Source: Octopus sinensis (lineage: Eukaryota). From it: 64,000 nt of DNA. Location: the NCBI RefSeq assembly GCF_006345805.1, contig NW_021831847.1:248001-312000 (forward strand), read 5' to 3'. The notes under the pieces were generated by a model. That model had not been told where the DNA came from. It ran no database searches and worked only from the letters and a program-made list of their open reading frames with translations. Shown here in pieces: positions 50,430-63,190 of the stretch; within the stretch, counting starts at the first letter, position 1; each line of letters begins with the position of its first letter. A program made the position numbers and the translations under genes.

Positions 50430-50862
50430 CCGTGCCACTAATCATTAAGCAATTATGTTTAAAATAAGCCGCGGCTCCTTTCAAGGTAGACAACGCACAA
50501 TCCTGCCACTATTCATACAAAATGACCTGAAAATGCTGAAATCCTATCAAAAAAGACTGCCGACCTCCGACAGATCGCAACCTCAGGAGATTTACTACAA
50601 AACCCTCCAAGTACCTGGTTACGAATAGGCAACTTTCCCACAGCGATGTATGTAATAAGAAGTTCAATCAAGTCTAAAATTAGTCAAACTTGACCACGAT
50701 AATAGACACTACTGTGGATGCCACGTTCACATTCTTTTTCTCCGTAATAATCTCACTGGTGAAATCTCCAGGATACACAGTCAGCAACGCAAGAATCTCG
50801 AAAACACAACTAATTATTAGAGAAAACACAACTCCCAGACAAAAGAGAACAACGGAAAACAT
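50430..50862 (-). CDS. Small multi-pass membrane protein, unidentified
   Basis: Hydrophobic N-terminus MFSVVLFCLGVVFSLIISCVFEILALL; continues after a short GT-AG intron with more hydrophobic segments. Confidence 0.3.
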
Positions 50863-50925
50863 TGCCTAACTTATTTCTAAGACAATAAATAAAACATAAG
50901 TTGATAATCTAAAAGTGAACTGTTA

Positions 50926-52565
50926 TTAGTAAGAATTGGTGTTAGTTAGACACGCAACTCGTCGAGGTAGGGAACTCGGTGAATACCGCCCACTGCTGAC
51001 ATGGCAAACACCCTCTCTCGTGTGCTCAAAAACTAAACTGACTGACTCATCCAATACTTTCTGAAATGTAGAAAATGCTACATTGTCAATTTGCCTCCAG
51101 ACTTGCCCCAATTCGCTGATCGGCAAACCAAGACCTACCAAAGGAAAAACCCGCTCAAATTTCCCGCCAAAAACAGTTTCCTCTCTTGCCAAACAACTCT
51201 TAAATTGTCTCCTACACATCGGACATTAATCTCTAACTTGGCAACTGCAAATTCCTCCTCAGTGACATGTCCGTCGAGAACAGAAATAAACTCCTTATGT
51301 GCCCCCATGACCAACTGTCCATAATAACAGGAATACTAACATTATTCATATCTTCTGCCCCTCCACTCACAATATATCCCAACATCCCTGCATCCGAATA
51401 CGAAAAGCTCACACCTTTGCACTACTCAGAGTTATCTACCCAAACAAACCAGGAAAGGCCGACTCGACTGACTCATCAAATATTCAAGTCTGGAAGTAGT
51501 CGAAGACCCGACAACTCCGACTTGTCCACCGAGGATAAATCTGAACAGTCCAGCACACCAAAAGTCATCCCCCACACCCAAACTGCCAGTCACCCACCAC
51601 AACTAACCTCACACCAGGAATGGCCACAATTGCATGACCAATCGGACTGCAAGAGGGGACCCTTACCTCAGCTTCAATACTGATTATAAATATATCAACA
51701 ATTATGAAATGAACTCTTCTCCGCCTTGATTCCTTTACTTGTCCGAATATCAAGCAGTCGGGCAAACCGTTCCACGTCGTCTGAACTGACACCACACCCA
51801 ATCACCGACATATTCTCGGCTATGAAATGCTGAGACACAAATTGTTGGATCTATCCTCTACTGAGGAGATATTACGTTGGGGGATGTGAGGTTGTGGGTC
51901 ATATACGGAGAGGAGTGGACTGAATTGCCCAAATTCCGATGGAAGGCAGCCTCGTGAATCTTTTCAACACAAACAAGCCGGTCGTTGGAATTGGCGATGG
52001 AAATGTCCCTCAGAAGAGGAGTGATCATATCCGACACTTCCCACCGCTTAAAAACGGGGTGGACAGCAGCGAGGGCAAGGTAGGGGGCCATTTGATCACT
52101 ATTGACTCAACACAGTATTCATACAGCACATCCCTCGTGCAGTCCACATAGTAGTACATTGACTCACGTGAGACCACACAACTTGGAAATAACACGACTG
52201 ATTAACCCGAGTGAGGCTCCTCTTTGCTGGACTGATCGAATAAAGTTGAATCCTGTGCAATCCACTTTGCTCTACGCTCACAAATGTGTCAAACTTGGTC
52301 AATCATGAGTCGAAGAATGTCGCAGATGCCTCGCTGAGTGGTCGACTCGTAGCGTGGGCCAGTTTGGTAGCAAATGGCGAGTCTGGCCATTGGGGATTGG
52401 TCGTCCCGTGAGGCTACTTTTATTCCATTTTTTAAAGTGAAGGACTATTTTCGGTTATTTGTTAATCACCTTCCACGGCTCTGTTTTTAGTGTTGAGGGT
52501 GATTGTTTTATGTTTGGCAAAGATGAAAGACTCCTTCTCTGTTTTGTGTTAGCAAATGACAACAT
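50926..52565 (-). CDS. UQCRC2: Cytochrome bc1 core protein 2 / M16 MPP-alpha family
   Basis: Targeting-like N-terminus; TLKNGIKVAS...GPRYE, SRESMYYYVDC, PVFKRWEV..LLRDISIA...EKIHEAAFHRNLGN; 23-31 nt introns. MPP-alpha is not fully excluded. Confidence 0.75.
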
Positions 52566-53612
52566 AAACCATATGACAAAACTAGAATTGATTTAAATAA
52601 ATTTTTAACAATTATATTAATAGCAGTTCCTCAAAAATTATTATATAATATATCTCAGAATTGTTGCAGTCGAAAACCTTGTAGTTGAAATCAGTCTGCT
52701 TATACGCAGTCGCGTGGTTGTAGGCCTTTGGCGTGCTCAGACTATTTCTTTACCCTAAATAATATCTCAACATGAATTGTGTGCTGGAATAGAGCAATTG
52801 TAGATATTTGAGTAAAGCAAGTAGTTATTTCTCTGTTTTATCATTCTTCAGAATTTGAAATTATTCTAACTAACCGGGCAGATGTAATGACTACGTGTTT
52901 TTAATGACTATTTATGCTGTTTATTGTAGAGTAATGTTCTAGCAGTATTTTGTGAGTGCTGAGTTATATGCATCGGAGTTCTGTTTTTCGTGTTTTGAAC
53001 AGAGAGATGTCGTATTAGTATGTCTAAAGTTGAAAAGCGTAGGCCGGACGTAATCTTGGGGCTGTAAAGCATATTTAGTAATCATAACTAATGTTAGATG
53101 TATGCCTACTCAAACACGTCCATTCCTAGTTCTTAATACTATTCAACAGACATGTAAAACAAACATAGTTGTAGTTCTAAATAGAGACTGTAGAGGAAAA
53201 TATAAAATACGTGGAGGACTGAATTGAACATTTTGTTTTTTGGCCGGTCTTTGTATTAAATCTTGCCAGTTGTCCATTAATCTCTCAATAAATGTTATCA
53301 AAAATGTTTATGTTACAATAAAAATGCGTGGCTAGAAATCAAAAGTCGTACCCCAAAAGTCAAAAAGTGGGCCTATTGTAGTGAATCTGACAATACCTAA
53401 AAAATAAAAAAATCAATTCTTAGAATATAATAAATAACCATTCGTGACATTGCTAATGATTTTTGTCAAAAAGTCAAAAACATAAATGTAAAAAAGAGAC
53501 TTTCAAAAACAATAAATATAATTTAAAGTATCTTTACTTCTACTTAAAGGGAGCAAATTCGCAAAAGAAAGCCAAACCACATGAACCACAAAAATAATCA
53601 AAACAGGAAAGC

Positions 53613-54419
53613 TTAAACGTCGTCTGTCGAGGAATCCTCCTCCGAGTCCTGTTCCTTTCGTCCTTGGAATATATCACTCAAAAAAACCCCAAAGATCCAA
53701 ATTGTCCTTCATCAACTTAAGAATATTGGTAGCATCGTTGTTAGTGTTGTCCCAATCCTCGTCATAGTTCGCGTAGGCCTCCGCAAATGCCTCACTGGCC
53801 ACCTGAATTGCCTTCTTGGGGTCATTCATGATCTCGTAGTAAAACACAGACAAGTTCAGAATCAGACCCAGTCTGACAATATTCTCAGGAGGCAAATCCT
53901 TCGACAGAGTTTCTGCCCGGGAATATGCCTCTTTGCTGGCCTGGAGAAACTCCTCACTCGAAGGGACCACTTCAGCCACATATCGGTTATAGTCGCCTTT
54001 CCTGCAATATTACTGCACAATTCACATTTTATAGGCAAAGACTTGGACTTCCACCGAAGGAGACAGTTCTAATAGTCTATCGGCGTATTTGCAGGCCAGG
54101 TCTTTGGTCTCCATAATTTTCTCGACACAGAGAGCTCTGACCTCGGCAATAACCCTTGCCGCATTGTTGTCGGAGTACTCCTCCCTTACCACAATGACGT
54201 CCAATGTGCGCACTGCGTTCCTGTATTGGGAAATTTTGTTTTTGCAGCAGGAGGAAAGGCAGCTTCGAACACTCTCGGAAACGTCAGTTAAAGTAGTGTC
54301 AGAAAGGAATTGTTCCAGTAATTCACAAGTATCTAAAAGTCGAGATAAACTTGCTGACCATTTGTACGGAAAACTTGGTCTGTGACAAAAATTCCCAATT
54401 CGAGATTGCTCCACATCAT
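53613..54419 (-). CDS. Divergent 14-3-3 protein (3 introns of 26, 24 and 25 nt)
   Basis: KMKGDYNRYVAEV, RLGLILNLSVFYYEI, LMKDNLDLW; splicing restores the N-terminal DQVFRTND and an acidic tail. Confidence 0.9.
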
Positions 54420-54810
54420 CTCTCTCCTTTTTGATATTTTATTATATTTAATATTTTTATAACAAGTTAATTTTCATGAAGTATTACTAAAAATCTATAA
54501 TTTTAAATGTTAATAATAAACCCATATCTCACTAATTTATATCCCCAAAAATGCATAAAAATTAAATAACAGTTATCTTGGTTTATTATAGTGATATAAG
54601 AAAATTGGTGTCTTTTTGTAAAGTCAAAAATAGCCCATAACGAGTCCAGTAACCAAGTATTATTACTTCACAAAACTCACAAATGAATATTCGCTTTTTC
54701 CGACTGAGAGAAATAAGAGTTGTCTCGGAATGAAGTAAAAATCAGCATCGCAACATTCCATAAATACTAATATAATGTCTGCTCTTATTTTTAAAATAAA
54801 TATAATTATA

Positions 54811-55522
54811 ATGAACGTGGCTCCAGGTGCTGTATGCTTCCCAGGTTTCGTTTTTAAAGATTAGTCGAATAAGGGGAGGAACTGTCCTTCAAAAATACTC
54901 ACCAATCCTCTGCAGGGACCTACGAATTCTTCAACTCAATCCACGCCTCCTTACACGGGACAGTCCAAGTCACCACAGAGAAAGTAAAACACAATTTAAC
55001 ACAAAGTCAATTTCCGTCTCCCCTTTGACCAAAAAGGCAATAATTCCTTCGGTTGATGACACTGTTCTTGTCCTAATCACCCACGTTTCTGTCAGATTCT
55101 GCAAATGTAGCATCCTCTGTGTGAACTACGAGAAAATGAACTATCCGCGAAAAGGGCTTCTAAGGTAGGATGTTCTTTGTGGTAAAATTCAGAAAAGAGG
55201 ACGTCCGGGCCACGGAAAAGGACAAAGTTGATTTGTATGCGTCCTTCCGCTGTGGAGACTATGTTTTGGCCAAAATAGTATTTTGAATATTTTTGATTTG
55301 TAGTTAGCAATTGGGGAGACGATGGCCTTTCTGTTGACGACGCAGGAGGATGAGTTGGGGGTTATTTATGCTGATTGTGACCCCCCGATCCCCTCGGCGA
55401 TGATTCCTATCAGTTGGATGGAGATGCAGTGTCCGGTCACTTTTGAAAAGCAGAAGAGGAAGGTGGCTATGACGAACGGACAGGTCATTGAAAAGTGGTT
55501 TTCTTCATTTGCGACTTTTTGA
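54811..55522 (+). CDS. EXOSC1: Exosome complex component Csl4
   Basis: CFPGEEL..AGTY; RKEDVRATEKDKVDLYASFRCGDYVLAKI; FLLTTQEDELGVI; MIPISWMEMQCP. Confidence 0.92.
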
Positions 55523-56499
55523 TTTTTCATTTTCTTATCTTGTATACATGATTGGCCCAACTAAAACTGACCATCTGTCTTTCTAATTCTATCAGGTGGG
55601 CCGATAGGATTCAAAGCATATTTAGTTTGTCGTTTGGTTGAGTAACTGCACAAATATATCGGCCATGTCCGTTTGTAGAGCTCGCAGTGTTGTCTGATCT
55701 AGTTTAGCGATTTTTTGAAAGTTGAAGGTTCATTGTTGAGTCCGATAATATCACCATTTTTCAAAATAAATGGATAAAAAAAACTTTTATTAGCAATAGG
55801 TCACAGAGACTGTTGTTCCTGGTAGTCGTGCTATAGTTTACTAAAAAAGACAAATTAAATAGATTCAATTAAGTGATTCTGGCTTTGCTGCTTGTTCGAC
55901 TTTTTTAAATTTGTTTCTAAGAGGCAGAGAACATTCAGAAATAAAAGTGTCATCGAACAATCTCGACAAGCACCGTAAACCTTCAATTGGGTATAGAACA
56001 TTTTGTATATCCTTGTTGTCACGGGGGAAATGATGGATAGTGGCCTCTGACGTATGAACAGATATAGCAAATATGCTCACATGGTTTAGAAATATTCGTC
56101 GAGCCGTAATTATAAAGTATTCTTTGCATTGAAATTATCGATAACAAGGCAGTGATAAAAATTAATTAAGTCTCCCGGTAACTCTGCGTGAACAAAAAGG
56201 TTTTGAATACAATAATTAATATTAAGGAACAAAGTTAGATGCTGACCCTTAGCCTCTCGACTACTTTTTCAGCCTTCTTGTTCTGGAAATTACGGATTAG
56301 TACAGCGTTCCTAAAGTAGATGCCCGCCACCTTAGGTTCTCAACAAATAACGTGCCGATTCGACATCTATAGTGCTATAGTTATTTTTTAGCATTTTTTT
56401 GTACATTTATTATATCCGAATTAATGAACATCAAAATGTTTGATCGAAATAACTCTAAAGACGATCATTCGAAAGTATAAAAATTAAGATTAACGATAA

Positions 56500-56720
56500 A
56501 GAAACGAAAATAGCGAATATCTGTTGTATGTATTTTCAAAGTGTGGTGAACAGCCTTTATCGAAAGCCAAATGTATGTTTTGTCACAAAATATTGTGCAA
56601 CGCTTCTTTTGTTTCTTCTAAACTTTTAAATTACTTGAATTCTCACTATCCTTTATACAAAGATAAAAATCTCCAATTTTTTGAAAAAAGTGTCTCATTT
56701 GGTACTCGCCGATCCAGTTT
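56500..56720 (+). mobile_element. hAT (Buster/ZBED5-like) transposase N-terminal zinc-finger fragment
   Basis: CMFCHKILCNASFVSSKLLNYLNSHYP...KNLQFF. Confidence 0.65.
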
Positions 56721-56879
56721 TTTCCTGATATTTAGTCAGCAAGAGAGACTGGACTGCACCTTAGATAAAGGCTAGATAAAATGAGGAAGAATGGATGGAC
56801 GTGGAAAACACAATGGTCCAATTCCTAACTCGCTCTTGTCAAAAATTATCTAGTAGAGGGTTAGAAATTTGTGTGCCAC

Positions 56880-57700
56880 TTAATTAAGGTGGTTTGATCG
56901 AAGTAAAAAATCACAAAGAAATGTACAGTCAATCCAAATTTCTGTATTTAGGTGACTACAAAACTTTCAAACACTTGTTATTCTCCAGAATTGTCCTCAA
57001 AATGGCATTAGTCAACTTTGGTGTCAAACAGAAAAAGAATTTATTTGTAATTTCTTGTAGGTTTGGAGACACACCTGCTCGTAATAGTCGTCAGAAAAGA
57101 ACGACCTGAGTTAGAAGAACAGATGAACGTCATTTTCCAAAACATAGCAAATGGAAAAAAGAAACTCCAAGGACTTAAGATAAATTTTTGATGTCGCCAA
57201 AATAATATAAAAAATAAAACTGAAGGAAAAACTTGTGGAGATTCTTAACAGTTTAAAATCTATCCCATTAAAAGTGCCTAACCAACTAAACGTAGCCCAT
57301 TAGACCGAAGAAAAATCGATGGCATCAGAGAGGTAAAGTTCCTTCCAGATCCCCAAAGCTTGAGGAGCAAATTTCGAATCTGAACGAATACCACAATTAT
57401 CTCATTTATAAGTTTGTCGCTGTACCATATTCAGTACAACATGCCGTTGCCTATTCGAGTGACACAGACTACTTTTTTTGTTCCAGATTTGTGTGAGAAT
57501 AATGGAAGCAACGGGCAAATTAATATGGACGAATATTACTTTTTCTTACTAGGGGCGAAATAAAAAAATAGTTTATTCACTTTTTCAGTCTACAAACCGC
57601 GAATAACAAATGGATAATCCATGTTATCATTGGCTCCCGGAATCATCGTGGGATCAGGTGACGAAATTAGACAAACTTCACCATTTTAACCAGGTTGTGG
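56880..57700 (+). pseudogene. Isolated, degenerate axonemal dynein heavy-chain fragment (AAA5/strut region; DNAH2-like)
   Basis: TTKLSNTCYSPELSSK...ALVNF and LETHLLVIVVRKERPELEEQ...NIANGKKKL; stops and frameshifts follow; no room for a full DHC gene. Confidence 0.65.
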
Positions 57701-57801
57701 TGTCGTCTTTTAATATATTAGGGAGTTAACATCGAGATTGTTACCCTTGACAGGAATACTGGACTGGCCAGCAACAAAACATGATAAAGAAAGACAATTT
57801 A

Positions 57802-58467
57802 TTACAATTTAGAATAATTAGCAGAAATGAACCCAAAATTATCATATAGTCTAGAATGGTGTGAAAAGTGAATTTCATAGTCGCTGTTAGGAACATGACA
57901 AACAAACTGAAGATAGCGAAAAGGATACATACAACCATCATCAAAGGCTACCAATACCCCACACCCAACAACCTGTCAATTCAAATTCCTCAGGCACAAA
58001 ATCGTCCAAATTTGTGCGATTGGTCTTTGGTCTCAGCCAGGAAAGAGTGGCACAATACTCGCTGTTTGTGGGAACACAAATGCACTTTATTTGTGCATAA
58101 TAAGTGACCCCTCCATCAACCACCGACACAATATCCCCGACTATGTATGTATTGCCCTTATTATATGTATATTTATACAACTTTGTGAGTAGTCGAGAAT
58201 AGCTTGTTAACAGTGCTGGAAAGCGGATGGAATGAATTGGGCTATAAATAATAAAATCGTAAAAACGTCATGTTTGTAGTCTTTTAGTGGTGGATTATTA
58301 CTAGTATATATGTTTTGGTGGCAAATGTGGCAGAGTGTGTGTCCCTGAGTTCTGTTCCAAAATTGTGCCTCTTGGACGCCACATTGGTAACATTCTTGTG
58401 TAGAATCGAATTTACTCTAAAAATGATTGTTATTCCAATTTGTACACACAGAAAAAGTACTCGACAT
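57802..58467 (-). CDS. GATAD1: GATA zinc finger domain-containing protein 1
   Basis: CYQC...FWN...LCHIC finger; GNTYIVGDIVSVVD..YYAQI..ATLSWL; LQFVCHVP; 25-33 nt introns. Confidence 0.85.
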
Positions 58468-58553
58468 TATAAGAATTTATTCAAATATTTTAAATTAATG
58501 TGAATATTTTTAATTAATCAATCTTTCTTTAATAATAACAAAACTCAATCACA

Positions 58554-58730
58554 AAGTACGCCTCATTGGAGAACACCTGCCTTTTCGTTCCTCCGGCTTT
58601 CGAGAGGAGTGGGATAATAGGCCCAAAAGGCCTGAAGTTCCTTTCGGAGATTGGCTTGATGATCTCAAGGAAGTGTCACGAGAGACGTTAGTCTAAATGA
58701 CCATTCAAATAGATCTCTGTCGAATGGTTA
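58554..58730 (+). mobile_element. CRE 3' fragment
   Basis: KYASLENTCLFVPPAFERSGIIGPKGLKFLSEIG. Confidence 0.75.
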
Positions 58731-59314
58731 AAACTTGGGCAAGTAAATTTTCTTGTTTTTTGGTCATCCTGAAAAGTATTCCTTCAGAATTTTTAGAATT
58801 TTGTTTATGCAGCCCAAAAAACATTGAAATAAAGAGATAAATCACGCTGTGTGTAATGTCCATTTTTGTAATTCAATTATTTCCTTCATTTGAAAAAATG
58901 ACGCGTTTTCGTTTTTTAACCCTGCTAACAACTGTAGAGCGTGTATTTTATTGATTTTAAAGAATTTTCATATACGATGTAAAAATATTAAATTTAATAT
59001 TTTTATGTTCACAAAAAGTTAATGTTCACTATTCCTCAAAAGCAAAATGGAACTTACCAAAAGCAAACTGGTACAAAAATAATTTCTGTTTTTTTTAACA
59101 AAGTGACATTCAAAAGTGCAGTGATCAATTGGAAAAGTGACTAAGCAAAAACCTATATATTTTGATGTTTGGGTAAATATTTCATTTTTCATTTGTATGC
59201 TTGCAATAATAATAAATAAATCAATACAGCCGTTCCGCGAGATCGCAACTTAATGTGAAATCTCGCACTGGCCAGCCACATAAGATCAAGATAGAAAGAG
59301 AAAACATGTTATTA

Positions 59315-59553
59315 GGAACTAACTAATCCAAACGAACGAATCCAAACGAGCTGTCCCCCCGCATCTATTTTTCTCTCGTGCTGTGGCTGATGTAGACATC
59401 CGGTTCCGCAGTGAAATCACTGATGACGGCGTCACTCGTCAATCCAGGGTGCATGTAGTATGCATGGAACCTTCGGCCGGAATGATAGCAGTGAGATTCG
59501 AACCCAGAGCTTCGCGAAACTGCCAAATTCTTCAAGCACTGCACCACCCGGCT
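59315..59553 (-). mobile_element. tRNA-derived SINE-like element
   Basis: Box A-like TGGTGCAGTGC (59536-59546) and box B-like GGTTCGAATCT (59494-59504), non-tRNA body, TTAG-type tail; no complete cloverleaf. Confidence 0.5.
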
Positions 59554-59609
59554 TGCACGAATGCTTGCACGAATAAAAAATTCTGAGGCTGCAATTAAGA
59601 AAAATATTA

Positions 59610-60080
59610 TTATCGGGGCCCATGAAAGATATGGTGAATGAAGGAAACTTGGTCTCTTGGATTGTTACATTATGAATTGAAACGTGGATCCTTTAATAAA
59701 GAATCTGCTCATTAATGGTTGAGAATTTGTCTACGGAAACCCAGGCAAGCTTAAAATTTCTTAGTAGTGGTAGTAGACAATGCTTTATGCTATTCAGGAA
59801 TGAAAGAAATTATCACAGAAAAGGAATTCATAGAAAATAAAATTTTAAGATTGGTTCCTAATGCTCAACACAATTGAGAATATTTAGTCAGTATTCAAAA
59901 CTGACATAAAAAGACACATCGCAAAGACATAAAAATATTTTGAATGGTGTAGAAACTTTTCCATCAACTGAGTTTTTACTTGAAAGAAACTAGGATTAAA
60001 CTAGTATAATCACTCCATCTTTATGCAACACCGTAATTGCTAGAATTCAGAGGTTAGCCCCATCGGTTTTAAATAATAAT
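59610..60080 (+). mobile_element. Degenerate IS630/Tc1-like transposase fragment
   Basis: LKRGSFNK...VVVDNA...LRL..MLNTIE; related to 24821-25879. Confidence 0.65.
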
Positions 60081-60616
60081 GACATGGTTAATTAAATAAT
60101 TTTATTGTTCCACTTTGCTTTTAAGAAGATCCACTTTAAACCTGAAAAGGTGTAGAATAAGTACCAGACTTGAAAAAATTAATTAAATAAATAAACCAAA
60201 TGTTTCTGGATTGTTCTAGAACTTTGTCTACTTCCGAATTTTTGGCAACAGTATTTGATCCAGGTAATTACACGAGGTTTATTCTTGAGCATTTTGAAAA
60301 GTACAAAAATTGAGAAAGTTTTGTTGTTGTTAAAGATAAGTATAAAAATTGAATATTTATTTCACAATTGAATTTTCAAATATTGTTTAAGGATGTCCAA
60401 AGTCAACAAATAATCAAATATTGGAGTATATCAGCCTATCTCTATTCGCCTGACCAGATTGGAGTCACTGAGAAGGTCTCTTTAAAACCCTTTATTCCCC
60501 TACAATTTTTTAACAAAAATTAAAAATAATTTTTTTAGATTTAAACAAAGTTTTTGTATAAATTAAATAAATAGATTAACGTTTTTTTAACGTGCGACTT
60601 TTATTCTAGCTTGCCT

Positions 60617-61503
60617 ATGGGAAAGACAGATGCTAAATATGCTGCTATAAAGAAAAAGAAAACGTAGTTTTAATCAACAATATAAATAGTATTGACCCCT
60701 TTTTGAGGAAGGAATGGTACAACGTGAGTGCTCCTCCCTATTTTGAGAACACAAAAATCGGAAAAACTGTCGTAACAAAAACCACTGGAGAAAGTACCCG
60801 AGTCTTTGAAATTATTAGAACTCGCATCTGACAACTTGAAAGGGCGTTCATACAAAGTGTCTTTGGCAGATCTCGATAAAAGCGAGAATTTGTGCTACAA
60901 AATATTCCGTTTTCGATTCCGTCGAAGGGAAGAACTGCTACACCTCCTTTGCCGGAATGGACACAACCCAAGACAAAATACAAAGCATTGTCAAGAAATG
61001 GCACGTAGGCTTTATTTTGTAGACCTCCATTTAGACTTTGGTGGATGCCCACGCCTCTGCGAGCACAACCGACGGATATAAACTGCATTGCTTTATGGTG
61101 GGTTCTACGGGGAGGAACAAGAACCAGATCAAAAAGACCAGTTATTGTCAGAGGAGGCAAGTGAAGCGAATAAGGAAGGTGATGGTGGACACGATGACCA
61201 GAGGAATTGCGTCCTCCGACTTGGCTTCGTTTATCAAAATAATGTAATCATTCGGTTTTGATTTTTAGTAAAGCAGAGGCGATGGCTAAGGATGTGATTA
61301 AACGGACAGAGAGGATCTATCCTTTGGGCAAGTTCTGTTGACTAAAGTCAAGTTTTAAAGCGACCTAAATATGACAGTTTTTGTTTTGGTGAGTTGTAGA
61401 GTCTCAACTTGAACAACTGTATTCGACTGGTGCTGATGTTCAGCCTACGGTTGTGGATAGGCCTGTTGAGCACGTAGAACCTCCGATTCTTGATAAGGTT
61501 TAA
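60617..61503 (+). CDS. RPS3A: 40S ribosomal protein eS1 (S3a); apparent frameshifts probably assembly errors
   Basis: [57 protein letters not shown]; introns at 60664-60689 and 60794-60818. Confidence 0.93.
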
Positions 61504-62134
61504 ATATTGTGAACTTTTTTATTTCTTAATAACGTTTTTTCCTTTTGTTTTTGCCTTAAAATTTTTAAAAATGACATTTTTTGGCTAAAATATTCGATTT
61601 TTAATTTAATAAAATCTATTTAACTTTTGGTAACAATCCATTTTTTATTTTGCTTTGGACACATTAGCTACTTAGACTATCATGTCCGAAATTATTGTTT
61701 CATATCGAATTCTACAAAAGTATCAAATCTTTAAAACTATTTATTGTCAAAGGAAGCAAACAAAAATGTGGTGGACTAAATACCTCTGTTTATTGCCATT
61801 CTTCAATAGAATCATTTGTTTTAAGACCAGCAATGTTTGCTGCACATCAAAACAATTCTTTGATTGGCGGAAAGAATCTTCAATCCATGTAAAAGTCATT
61901 ATCTTAAGACGAAAGGACTATGTGATTGAGACTTATTCGAAAGAATTTTTGTTTTAAAGTTTAAAAAGTTTATTTTAATTAAGATTACCGTTTTGTTATC
62001 TCTAATTTATTGACTATTAAAAATTAATGTTGTCGTTTGTTGTTTTTTTTCGAAGTAACAACATTACTTTTAACGAAACAAATACTAAAATCATTGTTCC
62101 AACAAATATCCCGACAAATATTCCAACAAATATT

Positions 62135-63190
62135 TCAACTTGAATAAACTAATATTTTTAAAATTTTACATACCCTCATCTTGTCTTTTTTATTGTTAGG
62201 ATCTATAAATTTATCATGATTTTCTTTTTCGCATATTCCAAAATTTAAAGAATTAATTTTCGGACTCCACGTTCCATCACACGAAGATATTCTTGAAAAA
62301 GCTACTAAAACCTTGCTTAGAGGTGCGTCAGAATTATTCTTAAAATTAGAATACCACAAAAATGCCATGTTTTTAAAAGTCTTCACCGATTCATATCTAT
62401 AAAAAGTATAAAAACACATCTACATTCCAATTAGCGAATCATGGACGATAGTCTCTAAATTAATTAGTAGATGAAATCTTACTTGAAATAAATTCATTTT
62501 CTAATGTAGAATCTATACTGATCGGATACGCATCAAACTCGGCGCATATATACTTATAATCATAAAACCAAAATATTTGTTTATTAGAATATATTCATGC
62601 TCCTCAAATTGAAATTTATTTGTTGTTCCTTTTAAATTATGATGAATAAGTTTTTTAGGCTTGTCTATTTCAGAAAGTTGATAAGTTTCGACATTATTAG
62701 AAATGTTATCTAAGTTTAATCAATAAATTGACCTATTTCACAAACAATGTTTCCATAAGAAAATAATGTAAATTTACGAAAGATGAACCATTTTTGCGTA
62801 CAGTGATCAAGTTTTATTGCATTGTATATATCTTCACTATTGACGTCACTAAGCATCCAGTTTGTATAAGTCTCTATATAAACCAATAAAAAATTAACTA
62901 AAGATTCATAATTAGCTATATTCACCAACGTAGAATCGTTAGATCTTCTTTGTATTCCAAGTACAATATTTTCACCACTTGCCCCTTATTTATCTTTATT
63001 TAAAAAAACCAGCAAGAAATTGGTTTTCTTCTTCTGAATCTACAATTACTGGATAAGCAGCATATTTTCTGCATGCTGCAGAATAAAATGAACCGGCCCG
63101 TGCATAAAGGAAAATATAAGTATGATTATTAAAATTAAGTTTTTTCCCTATATTTATATTCAAAAAATACATTCTTGAAAACAAAAAACC
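62135..63190 (-). other. Possible AT-rich hypothetical gene (fragmentary ORFs)
   Basis: Co-oriented 60-95 aa ORFs; no motif recognised. Confidence 0.2.

Noticed and set aside
52370-52410. Similarity to the CRE 3' end (cgtgaggc)
   Set aside because: It lies within the UQCRC2 coding exon (IKVASRDDQSP); the match is by chance.
57741-57944. Hydrophobic ORF resembling a membrane protein
   Set aside because: It is an alternative frame of the last GATAD1 exon (LQFVCHVP).
59490-59553. Functional tRNA gene
   Set aside because: No convincing acceptor or anticodon stems could be folded, and the boxes deviate from consensus; treated as a SINE head.
60900-61370. Programmed ribosomal frameshifting in RPS3A
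   Set aside because: There is no canonical slippery heptamer or downstream structure; homopolymer sequencing error is more parsimonious.
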